The notes below the pieces were generated by a model. The model searched no databases. It saw only the letters and a program-made list of their open reading frames with translations, and was not told the DNA's origin. Below are positions 8,799 through 18,231 of a DNA stretch of 32,000 nucleotides, piece after piece. Position numbers and translations under genes: made by a program. The stretch covers positions 1,470,001 through 1,502,000 of the forward strand of contig NC_020304.1 of the NCBI RefSeq assembly GCF_000341395.1. The letters are read 5' to 3'. Position 1 is the first letter of the stretch. Each line of letters begins with the position of its first letter. This DNA is from Desulfocapsa sulfexigens DSM 10523. GTDB lineage: Bacteria > Desulfobacterota > Desulfobulbia > Desulfobulbales > Desulfocapsaceae.

Positions 8799-10187
8799 AT
8801 GAGCACACTGGTAACAGGCGGTACGGTGGTAACGGCCACTGAAACGCGTCAGACAGATATTCTGATTGAGGACGGACGTGTTGTTGCCATTGGTGGAAGT
8901 CCTGGTCGTCTAGCTGACTGGGATATTATAGATGCTGCCGGTTGTTACGTTATGCCCGGTGCCGTTGATGTTCATACCCACCTGAATCTGCAGGTTGGTG
9001 AGGAAAGGGTAAGTGATGGTTTTTATCATGGCTCTGTGGCCGCTGTCCATGGCGGTACCACCTCGATTGTTGAACATCCGGGATTTGGTCCTGCCGGCTG
9101 TGAGCTGAGCCATCAGATTGATCTCTATCGTGAACAGGCCCGAGATGAAATGGTCATCGATTATGGCTTTCACGGTGTTGTTCAACATGTTGACGATCAT
9201 GTGCTGTGTGCGATCAAGGATCTGACAAAGAACGGAACACCAAGTCTCAAAGTTTATATGACCTATGCTGCTCGTCTCGGAGATTATGATATCATCCAGG
9301 TCTTGAAAGCCAGCCATGCAGCTGGCGGGCTGACGGCATTTCATGCAGAAAACCACGCAATCATAGGCGAGCTAACGCAATCCATAAGTGATTACGGTGA
9401 TGTCTCAAATCCTGCCAGTCATCCTGAGAGCCGTCCCGATTACTCTGAGGCAGAGGCTATCAACAGGCTGATTGCACTTTCCCAGGCAGCCGGCAACGCC
9501 GCGCTTTATATTGTTCATCTCTCCACCGCCTCAGGGCTTGAGCTCATAAGAAAGGCAAAACAGAAGGGGCTTCCGATCTATGCGGAAACCTGTCCTCAGT
9601 ATCTGACTCTCACCGATAGCTGTTACCAGAAGACGAATGACAGAGGGCTTCAATACATCATGGCCCCACCTCTTAGAAAACAGCAAGACTGTGATGCATT
9701 ATGGGAAGGTCTTGCCGACGGAACAATTGATGTGGTTGCCACTGACCACTGCTCATTCTCCTTTGCCCAAAAGCTGAAACGGGGAAAAACAAATGTCTTT
9801 TGTTCCCCCGGCGGTGTTCCCGGAGTCGAAACCCGGGTGCCTCTACTCTTTTCAGAGGGCGTGCTCAAGAACCGGATTGATCTGAATCGCTTTGTTCAGC
9901 TTGTTGCCACCAACCCGGCACGTATTATGGGATTGTCTCCGCAAAAAGGAAGTATTGAGGTCGGCGCGGATGCTGATCTTTTGATCCTTGATCCGGCTGA
10001 AGAAAAGATTGTGAGTGTGGAAGTATTGCATCAGCATGTGGATTACACTCCTTATGTCGGAATGGTGGTAAAAGGCTGGCCCCAAACGGTACTCCTTCGT
10101 GGGAATATTCTTGTCCGTGATGGAGAATTTCTCGGTTCGAAAGGCTCGGGGCAGTATATCAGGCGAAAGTTACGAATACAGGAGTAA
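8799..10187 (+). CDS. hyuA: Hydantoinase/dihydropyrimidinase-family cyclic amidohydrolase (HyuA-like)
   Basis: 462 aa; 'PGAVDVHTHLNLQ', 'TPSLKVYMTY' (carboxylated-lysine motif), 'TCPQYLTLTD', 'VVATDHCSF'. Confidence 0.9.
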   Translation: MSTLVTGGTVVTATETRQTDILIEDGRVVAIGGSPGRLADWDIIDAAGCYVMPGAVDVHTHLNLQVGEERVSDGFYHGSVAAVHGGTTSIVEHPGFGPAGCELSHQIDLYREQARDEMVIDYGFHGVVQHVDDHVLCAIKDLTKNGTPSLKVYMTYAARLGDYDIIQVLKASHAAGGLTAFHAENHAIIGELTQSISDYGDVSNPASHPESRPDYSEAEAINRLIALSQAAGNAALYIVHLSTASGLELIRKAKQKGLPIYAETCPQYLTLTDSCYQKTNDRGLQYIMAPPLRKQQDCDALWEGLADGTIDVVATDHCSFSFAQKLKRGKTNVFCSPGGVPGVETRVPLLFSEGVLKNRIDLNRFVQLVATNPARIMGLSPQKGSIEVGADADLLILDPAEEKIVSVEVLHQHVDYTPYVGMVVKGWPQTVLLRGNILVRDGEFLGSKGSGQYIRRKLRIQE

Positions 10188-10194
10188 AAACTCG

Positions 10195-13100
10195 ATGAAA
10201 AAAGACCTCTTTTTCTGCACAGATATTGACGTTCTTCTCAAATGGATCCTGAACGATCTGGAGGAACGAAACGAAATCTTCGGAATCACCAAAGAACAAT
10301 TTTTTATTCCGGATTCTGCAGATCCCTTTCGTATGAGCCGCTATGGAAAACTCCTCGAAACTCCGCTTGGGGTTGCATCCGGCCCACACACCCAGCTGGC
10401 CCAGAATATTGTCGTGGCCTGGCTCACCGGCAGCCGTTATATCGAACTGAAAACCATACAGGTACTTGATGAGCTGGATGTGACCAAGCCCTGCATCGAT
10501 ATGACAGATGAGGGCTATAACTGCGAGTGGTCTCAGGAGTTGAAGCTGGATGAATCCTTTAATGAGTATCTCAATGCTTTTATCCTTCTGTATATTTTAA
10601 AGGATAAGCTTGGCTTTGGCGGGGATGAAGCCGGGTTTATCTTTAACATGAGTGCCGGTTATGAATTAAAAGGTATTCACAGTCCTGCGGTGCAGCGGTT
10701 TTTTGATCGTATGGAAGATTGTTCCAAGGAACTTGCTGAAAAGATAGAACAGATTTCTACTATCTACCCCAGAGTAAAGGAGCTGGGTATACCTGGGAAA
10801 ATTTCAGACAACCTCACCATTTCAACCATGCATGGTTGTCCGCCCGATGAGATAGAAAAAATAGCCCGTTATTTTATAGAAGAGCGGGGCTATCATACCA
10901 CCATCAAACTGAATCCGACCCTTTTGGGGCCTGAGCGTTTACGTGATATTCTCAATAATAAACTGAACTTTGAAATCGATGTGCCGGATCTTGCCTTTGA
11001 ACATGATCTCAAATATCCTGATGCTATCACCCTGATACGTTCTCTACAGGATGCTGCCAATGCAAAGGGCGTTGAGTTTAACATCAAGCTGACCAATACC
11101 CTTGAAACCACCAATATCGATCAGGATCTGCCAAAAACCGAGGCCATGTGCTATATGTCGGGGCGACCACTTCATCCCATCAGTATAAATCTGGCTGCCC
11201 GCCTTCAGGAAGAGTTTGAGGGGGATCTTGATATTTCCTTCTGCGCGGGCATCGATACCTTTAATGTCCTTGAAACGCTAAGCTGCAATATGGCACCAAT
11301 TACCGTCTGCTCCGATCTGCTAAAACCCGGTGGCTATGCTCGTGTTACGCAGTATGCTGAGACCGTTCTTGCGGGCATGAAGGAGCTTGCTGCAGATTCC
11401 CTTGAGCATCTGGTCTGTGTCAGGGCTGGCATGGAGGATACAGTCGCCGCTGGTCTTGCCAATCTGAGAAAGTATGCGGCAGAAGTGGTTGATAAGGGGC
11501 ATTACAGTAAGGATCTGTTTCCCTATCAAAATGTTAAAACGAACCGTACTCTGCTTAAATTTGACTGTGCAGGAGCCCCCTGTGTGACCAGTTGTGGCGC
11601 TTCCCAGGATGTTCCACGCTATATGGATTTCACTGCCCGTGGTGATTTCAAAAATGCCTACAGAACCATTCTTGCAACCAACCCCTTTCCTAATATGCAG
11701 GGTATGGTCTGTGATCACCCGTGTCAGTACAAATGTACCCGTTTAAACTATGACTCCCCTCTGCTCATCCGGGAAATCAAGCGATTCATTGCCCAGAATC
11801 AGAAAGAAGAGATCAAACTTACTCCTCAGGCGGACAATGGGAAAAGTGTGGCAATCGTAGGTGCTGGTCCATCCGGGCTTTCCGCTGCCTTTTTTCTCAG
11901 GCTTGAAGGTTACCGGGTTGATATTTTCGAATCCAAGGAATTTGCTGGAGGAATGGCATCGGATGCCATTCCGGTTTTTCGACTTGATGATGGCAGTCTG
12001 AAAAAGGATATCGACCGTATTCTCGCACTTGGCGCATCTCTTCATACGGGAGTGACCGTTGATAAAAAGAAGTTTGCGGAGCTGCGTCAGTCCCATGATT
12101 TTGTCTATATTGCCATCGGTGCCCAGGAGGGTTCCCGCCTGAATATTCCAGGTGCAGATGCTGCAGGAGTGGTTGATCATCTCGACTTCCTGAGTGATGT
12201 GCGGCAGGGGAAATTTCCTGATATCGGCCGCAGGGTTAGTATTATCGGGGGTGGCAATTCGGCAATGGACGCGGCGCGTACGGCAAAGCGTTTGGTCGGA
12301 ACAGCCGGAGAGGTCTCCATTGTCTACCGTCGGACCCGCAGGCAGATGCCGGCCGATCATGGGGAAATTATCGGGGCCATTGAAGAGGGTGTGCGTGTCG
12401 TTGAATTGGCCGGACCCGAGGCTGTCCGGGTGAGTGATGGAAAGGTCAGCGGTCTTGAAGTAGCCAGGATGAAACTCGGGGAGCCCGATGATTCCGGGCG
12501 GCGTAGTCCGGTCAGGGTTGAGGGCGAAAATTATATCATCGAAACGGATAGTATCATTGTAGCCATCGGTCAGCAGGTGAAACTGGATTTTCTGCCGGAT
12601 GGCGAACTGAGTGTCGATAGAAAATCCCTGCGCTCATCCCTGCCCTTTGTCCTCGCGGGAGGCGATGTGATTACTATTTCATCACTCATTAACGCCATTG
12701 GCCATGGCCGGAGGGTAACGGAATCCATTGTGGCCGCCTCGGGACTGAAGTCGAAAGTTGTTCTTGCGCCTGCCGAGGATCGCAGGCTCGATCTCATCGA
12801 GATGCAAAAGCACAATGCAACCCGCAGGTTCGGTGTCAAACCTCCTGAATTGACTCCGCATGAACGCTTGAACTTTGATCTCTTTGTCGGAACCCTCAGC
12901 AAAGAGGATGCGATGGCCGAGGCCTCACGCTGCCTTCAGTGTGACCTGGTCTGTAATGTCTGTGTGACTGTCTGTCCCAACAGGGCCAATGTTGCCCTGA
13001 AGGCCGATCCTGTTTCCTATCCGGAACAGCATATTCTTGGTGACGGGAGCGTGAAAACGGTGAGACGAATACGGCTGAGCCAGGCCTATCAGGTTATCAA

Positions 13101-13461
13101 TATTCCCGATTTCTGTAACGAGTGCGGAAACTGCAGGACCTTCTGTCCCACCAGTGGCGCTCCCTATATGGATAAGCCCCATGTCCACCTTTCCGCTGCC
13201 AGTCTTGAGGCGCATGGAGAAGGTTTTTTTATGGTAGAACCCGGTATAATGAAAATTATCCACAATGGCAAAGAGGCCACACTTTCTGATGGTGGTACCG
13301 CACTCCTTTTTGAAGATGATGAAGTAAAGCTCAGTCTTGCAAAAGATTCCCTGGAGGCTGGCAATGTTGAGTTGAAAACCGATGTGAAGAGCAAGAGCCT
13401 GAGAATAGTGGCTGAAGCAGCGATTCTTTTCCGTCTGCTGGACGGAAGAAGACCATTTTAG
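10195..13461 (+). CDS. ygfK: YgfK, large Fe-S/FAD flavoprotein annotated as 'putative selenate reductase' subunit; dihydropyrimidine-dehydrogenase-like
   Basis: 1088 aa from ATG 10195 (MKKDLFFCTDIDVLL); 'VAIVGAGPSGLSAAFFLRLEGY', 'VSIIGGGNSAMDAARTAKRL', ferredoxin cysteines 'CLQCDLVCNVCVTVCPNRAN' and 'CNECGNCRTFCPTSGAP'. Track start at 10099 overlaps hyuA. Confidence 0.9.
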   Translation: MKKDLFFCTDIDVLLKWILNDLEERNEIFGITKEQFFIPDSADPFRMSRYGKLLETPLGVASGPHTQLAQNIVVAWLTGSRYIELKTIQVLDELDVTKPCIDMTDEGYNCEWSQELKLDESFNEYLNAFILLYILKDKLGFGGDEAGFIFNMSAGYELKGIHSPAVQRFFDRMEDCSKELAEKIEQISTIYPRVKELGIPGKISDNLTISTMHGCPPDEIEKIARYFIEERGYHTTIKLNPTLLGPERLRDILNNKLNFEIDVPDLAFEHDLKYPDAITLIRSLQDAANAKGVEFNIKLTNTLETTNIDQDLPKTEAMCYMSGRPLHPISINLAARLQEEFEGDLDISFCAGIDTFNVLETLSCNMAPITVCSDLLKPGGYARVTQYAETVLAGMKELAADSLEHLVCVRAGMEDTVAAGLANLRKYAAEVVDKGHYSKDLFPYQNVKTNRTLLKFDCAGAPCVTSCGASQDVPRYMDFTARGDFKNAYRTILATNPFPNMQGMVCDHPCQYKCTRLNYDSPLLIREIKRFIAQNQKEEIKLTPQADNGKSVAIVGAGPSGLSAAFFLRLEGYRVDIFESKEFAGGMASDAIPVFRLDDGSLKKDIDRILALGASLHTGVTVDKKKFAELRQSHDFVYIAIGAQEGSRLNIPGADAAGVVDHLDFLSDVRQGKFPDIGRRVSIIGGGNSAMDAARTAKRLVGTAGEVSIVYRRTRRQMPADHGEIIGAIEEGVRVVELAGPEAVRVSDGKVSGLEVARMKLGEPDDSGRRSPVRVEGENYIIETDSIIVAIGQQVKLDFLPDGELSVDRKSLRSSLPFVLAGGDVITISSLINAIGHGRRVTESIVAASGLKSKVVLAPAEDRRLDLIEMQKHNATRRFGVKPPELTPHERLNFDLFVGTLSKEDAMAEASRCLQCDLVCNVCVTVCPNRANVALKADPVSYPEQHILGDGSVKTVRRIRLSQAYQVINIPDFCNECGNCRTFCPTSGAPYMDKPHVHLSAASLEAHGEGFFMVEPGIMKIIHNGKEATLSDGGTALLFEDDEVKLSLAKDSLEAGNVELKTDVKSKSLRIVAEAAILFRLLDGRRPF

Positions 13462-13486
13462 TCTTGATGGACAGAATGAGGCATTT

Positions 13487-13514
13487 CGTCATCCCCGCGT
13501 AGGCGGGAATGACG
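13487..13514. repeat. REP-like extragenic palindrome, 12-bp arms (one mismatch)
   Basis: CGTCATCCCCGC-GTAG-GCGGGAATGACG between ygfK and yqeB; near-identical to the copy at 18151-18178. Confidence 0.8.
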
Positions 13515-13532
13515 GAGCAGAGCAATATATTT

Positions 13533-14342
13533 ATGAAAGATCTGGCAAGTCTAAAGATTATTATGCGGGGTGCCGGAGACCTGGCAACGGGTGTGGCACT
13601 CAGGCTGTATCGTTCGGGGTTCAGGCGTTTACTCCTTCTTGAGACGGAACATCCCCTGGCGGTTCGTCGCCTGGTTTCTTTTTCAGAAGCAATTACCATC
13701 GGAAAAGTTTCTATTGAAGGTGTTACAGCAAGGCGTATTGATGATGCGGAGATGCCAGGGCAATGGACACCGGATACAACTATTTCGATTATGGTCGATC
13801 CGGTGGGAGAAAGTATCAAAAAACTCCGACCCGACATTGTGATCGATGCTATTATAGCCAAACGTAATCTCGGTACCATGATTGATGATGCTGAACTTGT
13901 TATCGGTCTCGGTCCAGGTTTTACAGCTGGCAGAGATGTGAACTGTGTAATAGAAACCCAAAGAGGGCATCATCTGGGAAGAGTTATCCGGGATGGTGGT
14001 GCCGCACCCGATACAGGGATTCCCGGAAACATAGGCGGTTACAATAATGAACGTTTGCTGCGGGCGCCAAATGCAGGAATGTTTACGACAGACTGCAATA
14101 TAGGTGATACGGTGGAGAAGGGACAATGTGTGGCACGGGTAGACTCTTCTCCGGTGCGCGCAAATATTTCCGGAGTCATACGAGGCCTGTTGCGCTCGGC
14201 CACTCCGGTGGACAGGGGGACAAAGCTTGGCGATATCGACCCCCGTGCTGAGGTGGTTTTTTGTACAACTGCATCGGATAAAGCCATGGCCGTTGGTGGA
14301 GGTGTGCTCGAAGCAATACTACACAATTTTAATCATTTGTAG
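13533..14342 (+). CDS. yqeB: YqeB/EF2563-family selenium-dependent molybdenum hydroxylase accessory protein
   Basis: 'IIMRGAGDLATGVALRLYRSGF', 'PDIVIDAIIAKRNLGT', 'VIGLGPGFTAGRDVNCVIETQRGHHLGRVI'. Track ORF begins at 13509, but that ATG lies inside the REP-like palindrome; ATG 13533 (MKDLASLKI) is an alternative start. Confidence 0.87.
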   Translation: MKDLASLKIIMRGAGDLATGVALRLYRSGFRRLLLLETEHPLAVRRLVSFSEAITIGKVSIEGVTARRIDDAEMPGQWTPDTTISIMVDPVGESIKKLRPDIVIDAIIAKRNLGTMIDDAELVIGLGPGFTAGRDVNCVIETQRGHHLGRVIRDGGAAPDTGIPGNIGGYNNERLLRAPNAGMFTTDCNIGDTVEKGQCVARVDSSPVRANISGVIRGLLRSATPVDRGTKLGDIDPRAEVVFCTTASDKAMAVGGGVLEAILHNFNHL

Positions 14343-14386
14343 AAAGAGCTCACGCGGATATTCATTTACCGGAGGACTAAATTGAG

Positions 14387-15793
14387 ATGAGTACGATTGA
14401 AGAAAAGCAGTCGATAGCTGAAGCCGAGGCAACTCCCTTCGATTCAGAACTCATCTTCGGCCTTGAGGACAGGCCTCCAGTACTTATTGCCTTCTTTGCG
14501 GCCATCCAGCATATGCTCGCCTCCATTGTCGGCATTGTGACCCCTCCCATAATTATCAGTAATGCACTGGGACTCGATGTTTCCGATGCCTCCTATATTA
14601 TCAGTATGACCCTGCTTGTTTCCGGAATCGCCACTTTTATTCAGGCAAAACGGATGGGGCCTGTGGGTTCCGGACTGCTCGCCATCCAGGGCACAAGCTT
14701 CGCATTCTTAGGCCCGATAATCGGAGCGGCCATCGCCGTGAAAAATCAGGCCGATGCCCATACGGCCCTTGCCGTGGTTTTTGGCTGTGTCATGGCCGGT
14801 TCCTTTATAGAGATGTTTATCAGCCGTTTTCTCCATATGGCGCAAAAAATTATTACCCCTGTTGTTACCGGTGTTGTGGTGATCCTGATCGGTCTGACCT
14901 TGATCAAGGTCGGCCTGGTAAGCATGGCCGGCGGTTTTTATGTGATGACCAATGTTCCCGATGCCTTTGCCAGTTTTCAGAACCTTGGGATCGCCTTTCT
15001 GGTGCTTGGCATCATTGTGGTGCTGAATATGAGCAAAAATCAATACCTGCGCATGTCATCCATCGTTGTCGGCCTGACTGTTGGTTATATTGTGGCGGCA
15101 GCCTTGGGAATGGTGAATTTTTCCAGGCTGGAAGGGATGGATCTCTTTACCGTCCCTCAACCGCTCAAGTATGGCATCGATTTTTCCTGGGGCGCATTCT
15201 TTGCCATCGGTCTTGTCTATGTCATTACCGCTATCGAGTCCATTGGCGATCTCACCGCCACCTCCATGATATCCAAACAACCGGTGACGGGAGATCTGTA
15301 CATCGGTCGAATCAAGGGCGGTATACTTGCCGATGGATTGAATTCCTTTCTGGCCGGTTTATTCAATACATTCCCCAATACCACCTTCAGTCAGAATAAC
15401 GGTGTTATCCAGCTAACAGGAGTTGCCAGCCGCTATGTTGCGTATTTTATCGCTGGAATTCTCGTTTTAATGGGATTGTCCCCGGTTTTAGCCGGAATTT
15501 TTCGTATTATGCCGGAGCCGGTTCTTGGCGGGGCCACTATTCTTATGTTTGGTACGGTCGCCACGGCTGGAATAAAGATTCTTGCTACCCAGGAAATGGA
15601 TAACCGCTCCACCCTGATTGTTGCGGTGTCCCTGGGACTGGGGCTGGGGGTGACCATGGTTCCTGAAGTATTGAAAAATGTTGCCCCTGCCGAGATTAGA
15701 AATGTTTTTGCCTCGGGCATTACCACGGGAGGCCTGGCAGCGATTATTCTGAATCTGGTGCTTCCTTATAAAAAAACAAAGAGTCAAACATAA
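14387..15793 (+). CDS. NCS2-family xanthine/uracil permease (XanP/XanQ/PucJ-like)
   Basis: 468 aa polytopic protein; 'FFAAIQHMLASIVGIVTPP', 'TAIESIGDLTATSMIS', 'TFSQNNGVIQLTGVASRYVAYF' is the purine-permease signature. Confidence 0.92.
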   Translation: MSTIEEKQSIAEAEATPFDSELIFGLEDRPPVLIAFFAAIQHMLASIVGIVTPPIIISNALGLDVSDASYIISMTLLVSGIATFIQAKRMGPVGSGLLAIQGTSFAFLGPIIGAAIAVKNQADAHTALAVVFGCVMAGSFIEMFISRFLHMAQKIITPVVTGVVVILIGLTLIKVGLVSMAGGFYVMTNVPDAFASFQNLGIAFLVLGIIVVLNMSKNQYLRMSSIVVGLTVGYIVAAALGMVNFSRLEGMDLFTVPQPLKYGIDFSWGAFFAIGLVYVITAIESIGDLTATSMISKQPVTGDLYIGRIKGGILADGLNSFLAGLFNTFPNTTFSQNNGVIQLTGVASRYVAYFIAGILVLMGLSPVLAGIFRIMPEPVLGGATILMFGTVATAGIKILATQEMDNRSTLIVAVSLGLGLGVTMVPEVLKNVAPAEIRNVFASGITTGGLAAIILNLVLPYKKTKSQT

Positions 15794-15840
15794 TTATACA
15801 GGGTGTCTGCAAACAACAGATTAGCAATGGAGATCTGAAT

Positions 15841-18123
15841 ATGGCAGTAGGACAATCACATATACGAAAAGATGTCAGGGCAAAGGTTACCGGAAAAACC
15901 CGTTATACCGATGATTTCAGTATGCCCGGTATGCTGCATGCAAAGTATGTCAGGAGCCCCATTGCCCATGGGCTTGTTAAGAGTATTGACACGACTGCGG
16001 CACTAGCTATACCAGGGGTCGAGGCTGTGTTTACCCATGAGGATGTCCCCAAAATTCTTTTCGCAACGGCTGGCCATCCCTTTTCCCTTGATCCTGATCA
16101 TCAGGATGTGGCAGACAGATTATTGCTGACCGATCATGTCCGTTATCATGGTGATGAGGTGGCCATAGTGGTGGCCCGTGATCTTCTCACCGCAGCACAG
16201 GCGGCAAAGGCAGTGATTGTCGAATATGAGGAACTTCCTGTCTGTGTCACTTCCGAGGCTGCCATGGCTGAGGATGCCCCTGCCATACATCCGGGTGGAA
16301 ATAGTATTAAATCCACCACTTTTGAGATCGGTGGAAAGCTTGAAGATGCAGAGAAAGAGGCGGATCTCGTTGTCGAGGATACCTTCAGCACGCCAATTAT
16401 TCTTCACTGTCATCTGGAAAACCATGTGGCATACGCCTATATGGATGACAACGACCATATCGTTGTTGTCAGTTCCACCCAGATTCCCCATATCTGCCGC
16501 AGGATAGTCGGCCAGGCACTTGATATGCCGTGGCCAAAGATCCGTGTCATTAAGCCCTATATCGGCGGTGGTTTTGGCAACAAGCAGGATGTTGTCCTCG
16601 AACCGATGGTTGCTTTTCTCACCAGGAAACTTGGTGGCGTTCCGGTCAAAATTGAACTGGAACGCGAAGAAGGTCTTGTTGCTACCCGCACCCGTCATGG
16701 TCAGACCGTCACGGCCCGTGCCGGGGTGAGCAATGACGGTATCATAAAATTTATTGATCTGAACGTGATCTCTAATACCGGAGCCTATGCATCCCACGGG
16801 CACTCCATTCCCATGGCTGCAGGATCAAAATTCTGTAACCTCTATCCGCGCAGTGTCTCAAAATTTTCAGCGACCACTCATTACGGAAATATTCCTGCGG
16901 CCGGGGCCATGCGGGCTTATGGCTCTCCCCAGTTGTTTTTCGGTGTTGAAAGTGTCCTTGAAGAGGTTGCCCGTAAGCTTGGTATGGATTCCGTCGATTT
17001 CCGCATCAAAAACTCGGCCAGACCTGCTGATATCATCTCCAAGACAGGAAATAAGGAACACTCTGTTGGGATGGTAGAATGTCTCGAAAAAGGGCGTGAG
17101 GCCATAGGCTGGGACGTGAAAAAAGAAGTATATGCCAGGCAGGAAGGGAATATTCGCCGGGGACTCGGAGTGGCCTCCTTCAGCTACGGTTCCGGTACCT
17201 ATCCGGCCTGTGTGGAGATTGCAGGTTGTCGGCTTGTGCTTAATCAGGACGGAACGGTTCATATGCAGATAGGAGCCACAGAAATTGGTCAGGGATCCGA
17301 TACAGCGCTGGCTCAGATGGCTGCAGAAACACTTGGGGTTGACTACGATGCAATTCATGTGGTCTCGGAACAGGATACCGATGTCTCACCATTTGACCCC
17401 GGGGCCTACGCCTCACGTCAGACCTATGTTGCCGCTCCAGCAGTCCACCGGGCGGCAGGAAAACTAAAGGCACAAATCCTTGAACATTATCAGCTGATGA
17501 CGGGTGAGGAGGCAGAGACTCTTGATCTTACAGGTGGAAAAATAATTCGCAGGGATCAGCCGGAGAGCGTGTTGCTTGATCTGCACGATCTGGCACTCGA
17601 CAGCTATTACCATAAAGAACGCGGTGGACAGCTAACCGCCGAAGTATCAAGCAAGACCTGTACCAATGCACCCAGTTATGGATGCACCTTTGTTGATCTT
17701 GAAGTGGATATTGAAATGTGCACCGTCACCATCAGACAGATCATCAATGTCCATGATGCAGGGAAAATAATCCACCCACTCTCTGCTGAGGGTCAGGTTC
17801 ATGGTGGAATGGGGATGGGTGTCGGCATGGCCCTGTTTGAAGAGTTGCTGGTTGATCCTGAAAGCGGCAGGATTTATAATGGAAATCTGCTGGATTATAA
17901 AATCCCCACCTGTGTAGATATTCCGGATCTTCAGTGTGCTTTTGTGGAAACCTTTGACCCCACGAGTCCTTATGGTAATAAATCCCTGGGTGAGCCTCCC
18001 ATTATTTCCCAGGGGCCTGCTATTCGTAACGCGATATGGGATGCAACCGGGGTGAAAATCAATGAGATCCCTATGACCCCCAAGGTTTTGTTTAAGCATT
18101 TTAAAAATGCAGGACTTATCTAG
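15841..18123 (+). CDS. xdhA: Xanthine dehydrogenase molybdenum-binding subunit
   Basis: 760 aa; 'GKTRYTDDFSMPGMLHAKYVRSPIAHG', 'KPYIGGGFGNKQDV', 'GAMRAYGSPQ', 'GATEIGQGSDT', 'GNKSLGEPPIISQGPAIRNAIWDATG'. Confidence 0.9.
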   Translation: MAVGQSHIRKDVRAKVTGKTRYTDDFSMPGMLHAKYVRSPIAHGLVKSIDTTAALAIPGVEAVFTHEDVPKILFATAGHPFSLDPDHQDVADRLLLTDHVRYHGDEVAIVVARDLLTAAQAAKAVIVEYEELPVCVTSEAAMAEDAPAIHPGGNSIKSTTFEIGGKLEDAEKEADLVVEDTFSTPIILHCHLENHVAYAYMDDNDHIVVVSSTQIPHICRRIVGQALDMPWPKIRVIKPYIGGGFGNKQDVVLEPMVAFLTRKLGGVPVKIELEREEGLVATRTRHGQTVTARAGVSNDGIIKFIDLNVISNTGAYASHGHSIPMAAGSKFCNLYPRSVSKFSATTHYGNIPAAGAMRAYGSPQLFFGVESVLEEVARKLGMDSVDFRIKNSARPADIISKTGNKEHSVGMVECLEKGREAIGWDVKKEVYARQEGNIRRGLGVASFSYGSGTYPACVEIAGCRLVLNQDGTVHMQIGATEIGQGSDTALAQMAAETLGVDYDAIHVVSEQDTDVSPFDPGAYASRQTYVAAPAVHRAAGKLKAQILEHYQLMTGEEAETLDLTGGKIIRRDQPESVLLDLHDLALDSYYHKERGGQLTAEVSSKTCTNAPSYGCTFVDLEVDIEMCTVTIRQIINVHDAGKIIHPLSAEGQVHGGMGMGVGMALFEELLVDPESGRIYNGNLLDYKIPTCVDIPDLQCAFVETFDPTSPYGNKSLGEPPIISQGPAIRNAIWDATGVKINEIPMTPKVLFKHFKNAGLI

Positions 18124-18150
18124 GACGGACTAATGAACTATCGCTTGGTT

Positions 18151-18178
18151 CGTCATTCCCGCACAGGCGGGAATGACG
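18151..18178. repeat. REP-like extragenic palindrome, perfect 12-bp arms, 4-nt loop
   Basis: CGTCATTCCCGC-ACAG-GCGGGAATGACG between xdhA and xdhB; the 'PAYAGMT/PACAGMT'-type repeat seen in translated frames. Confidence 0.85.
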
Positions 18179-18231
18179 AGATAGCAGGAAAGTTGAGATT
18201 TTACAAAATGGTTATCTAAGAGAGCAAAAAC

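Noticed and set aside
10099-10194. N-terminal 32-aa extension of the ygfK ORF in the track
   Set aside because: Overlaps the hyuA 3' end; ATG 10195 follows AGGAG and begins a plausible N-terminus.
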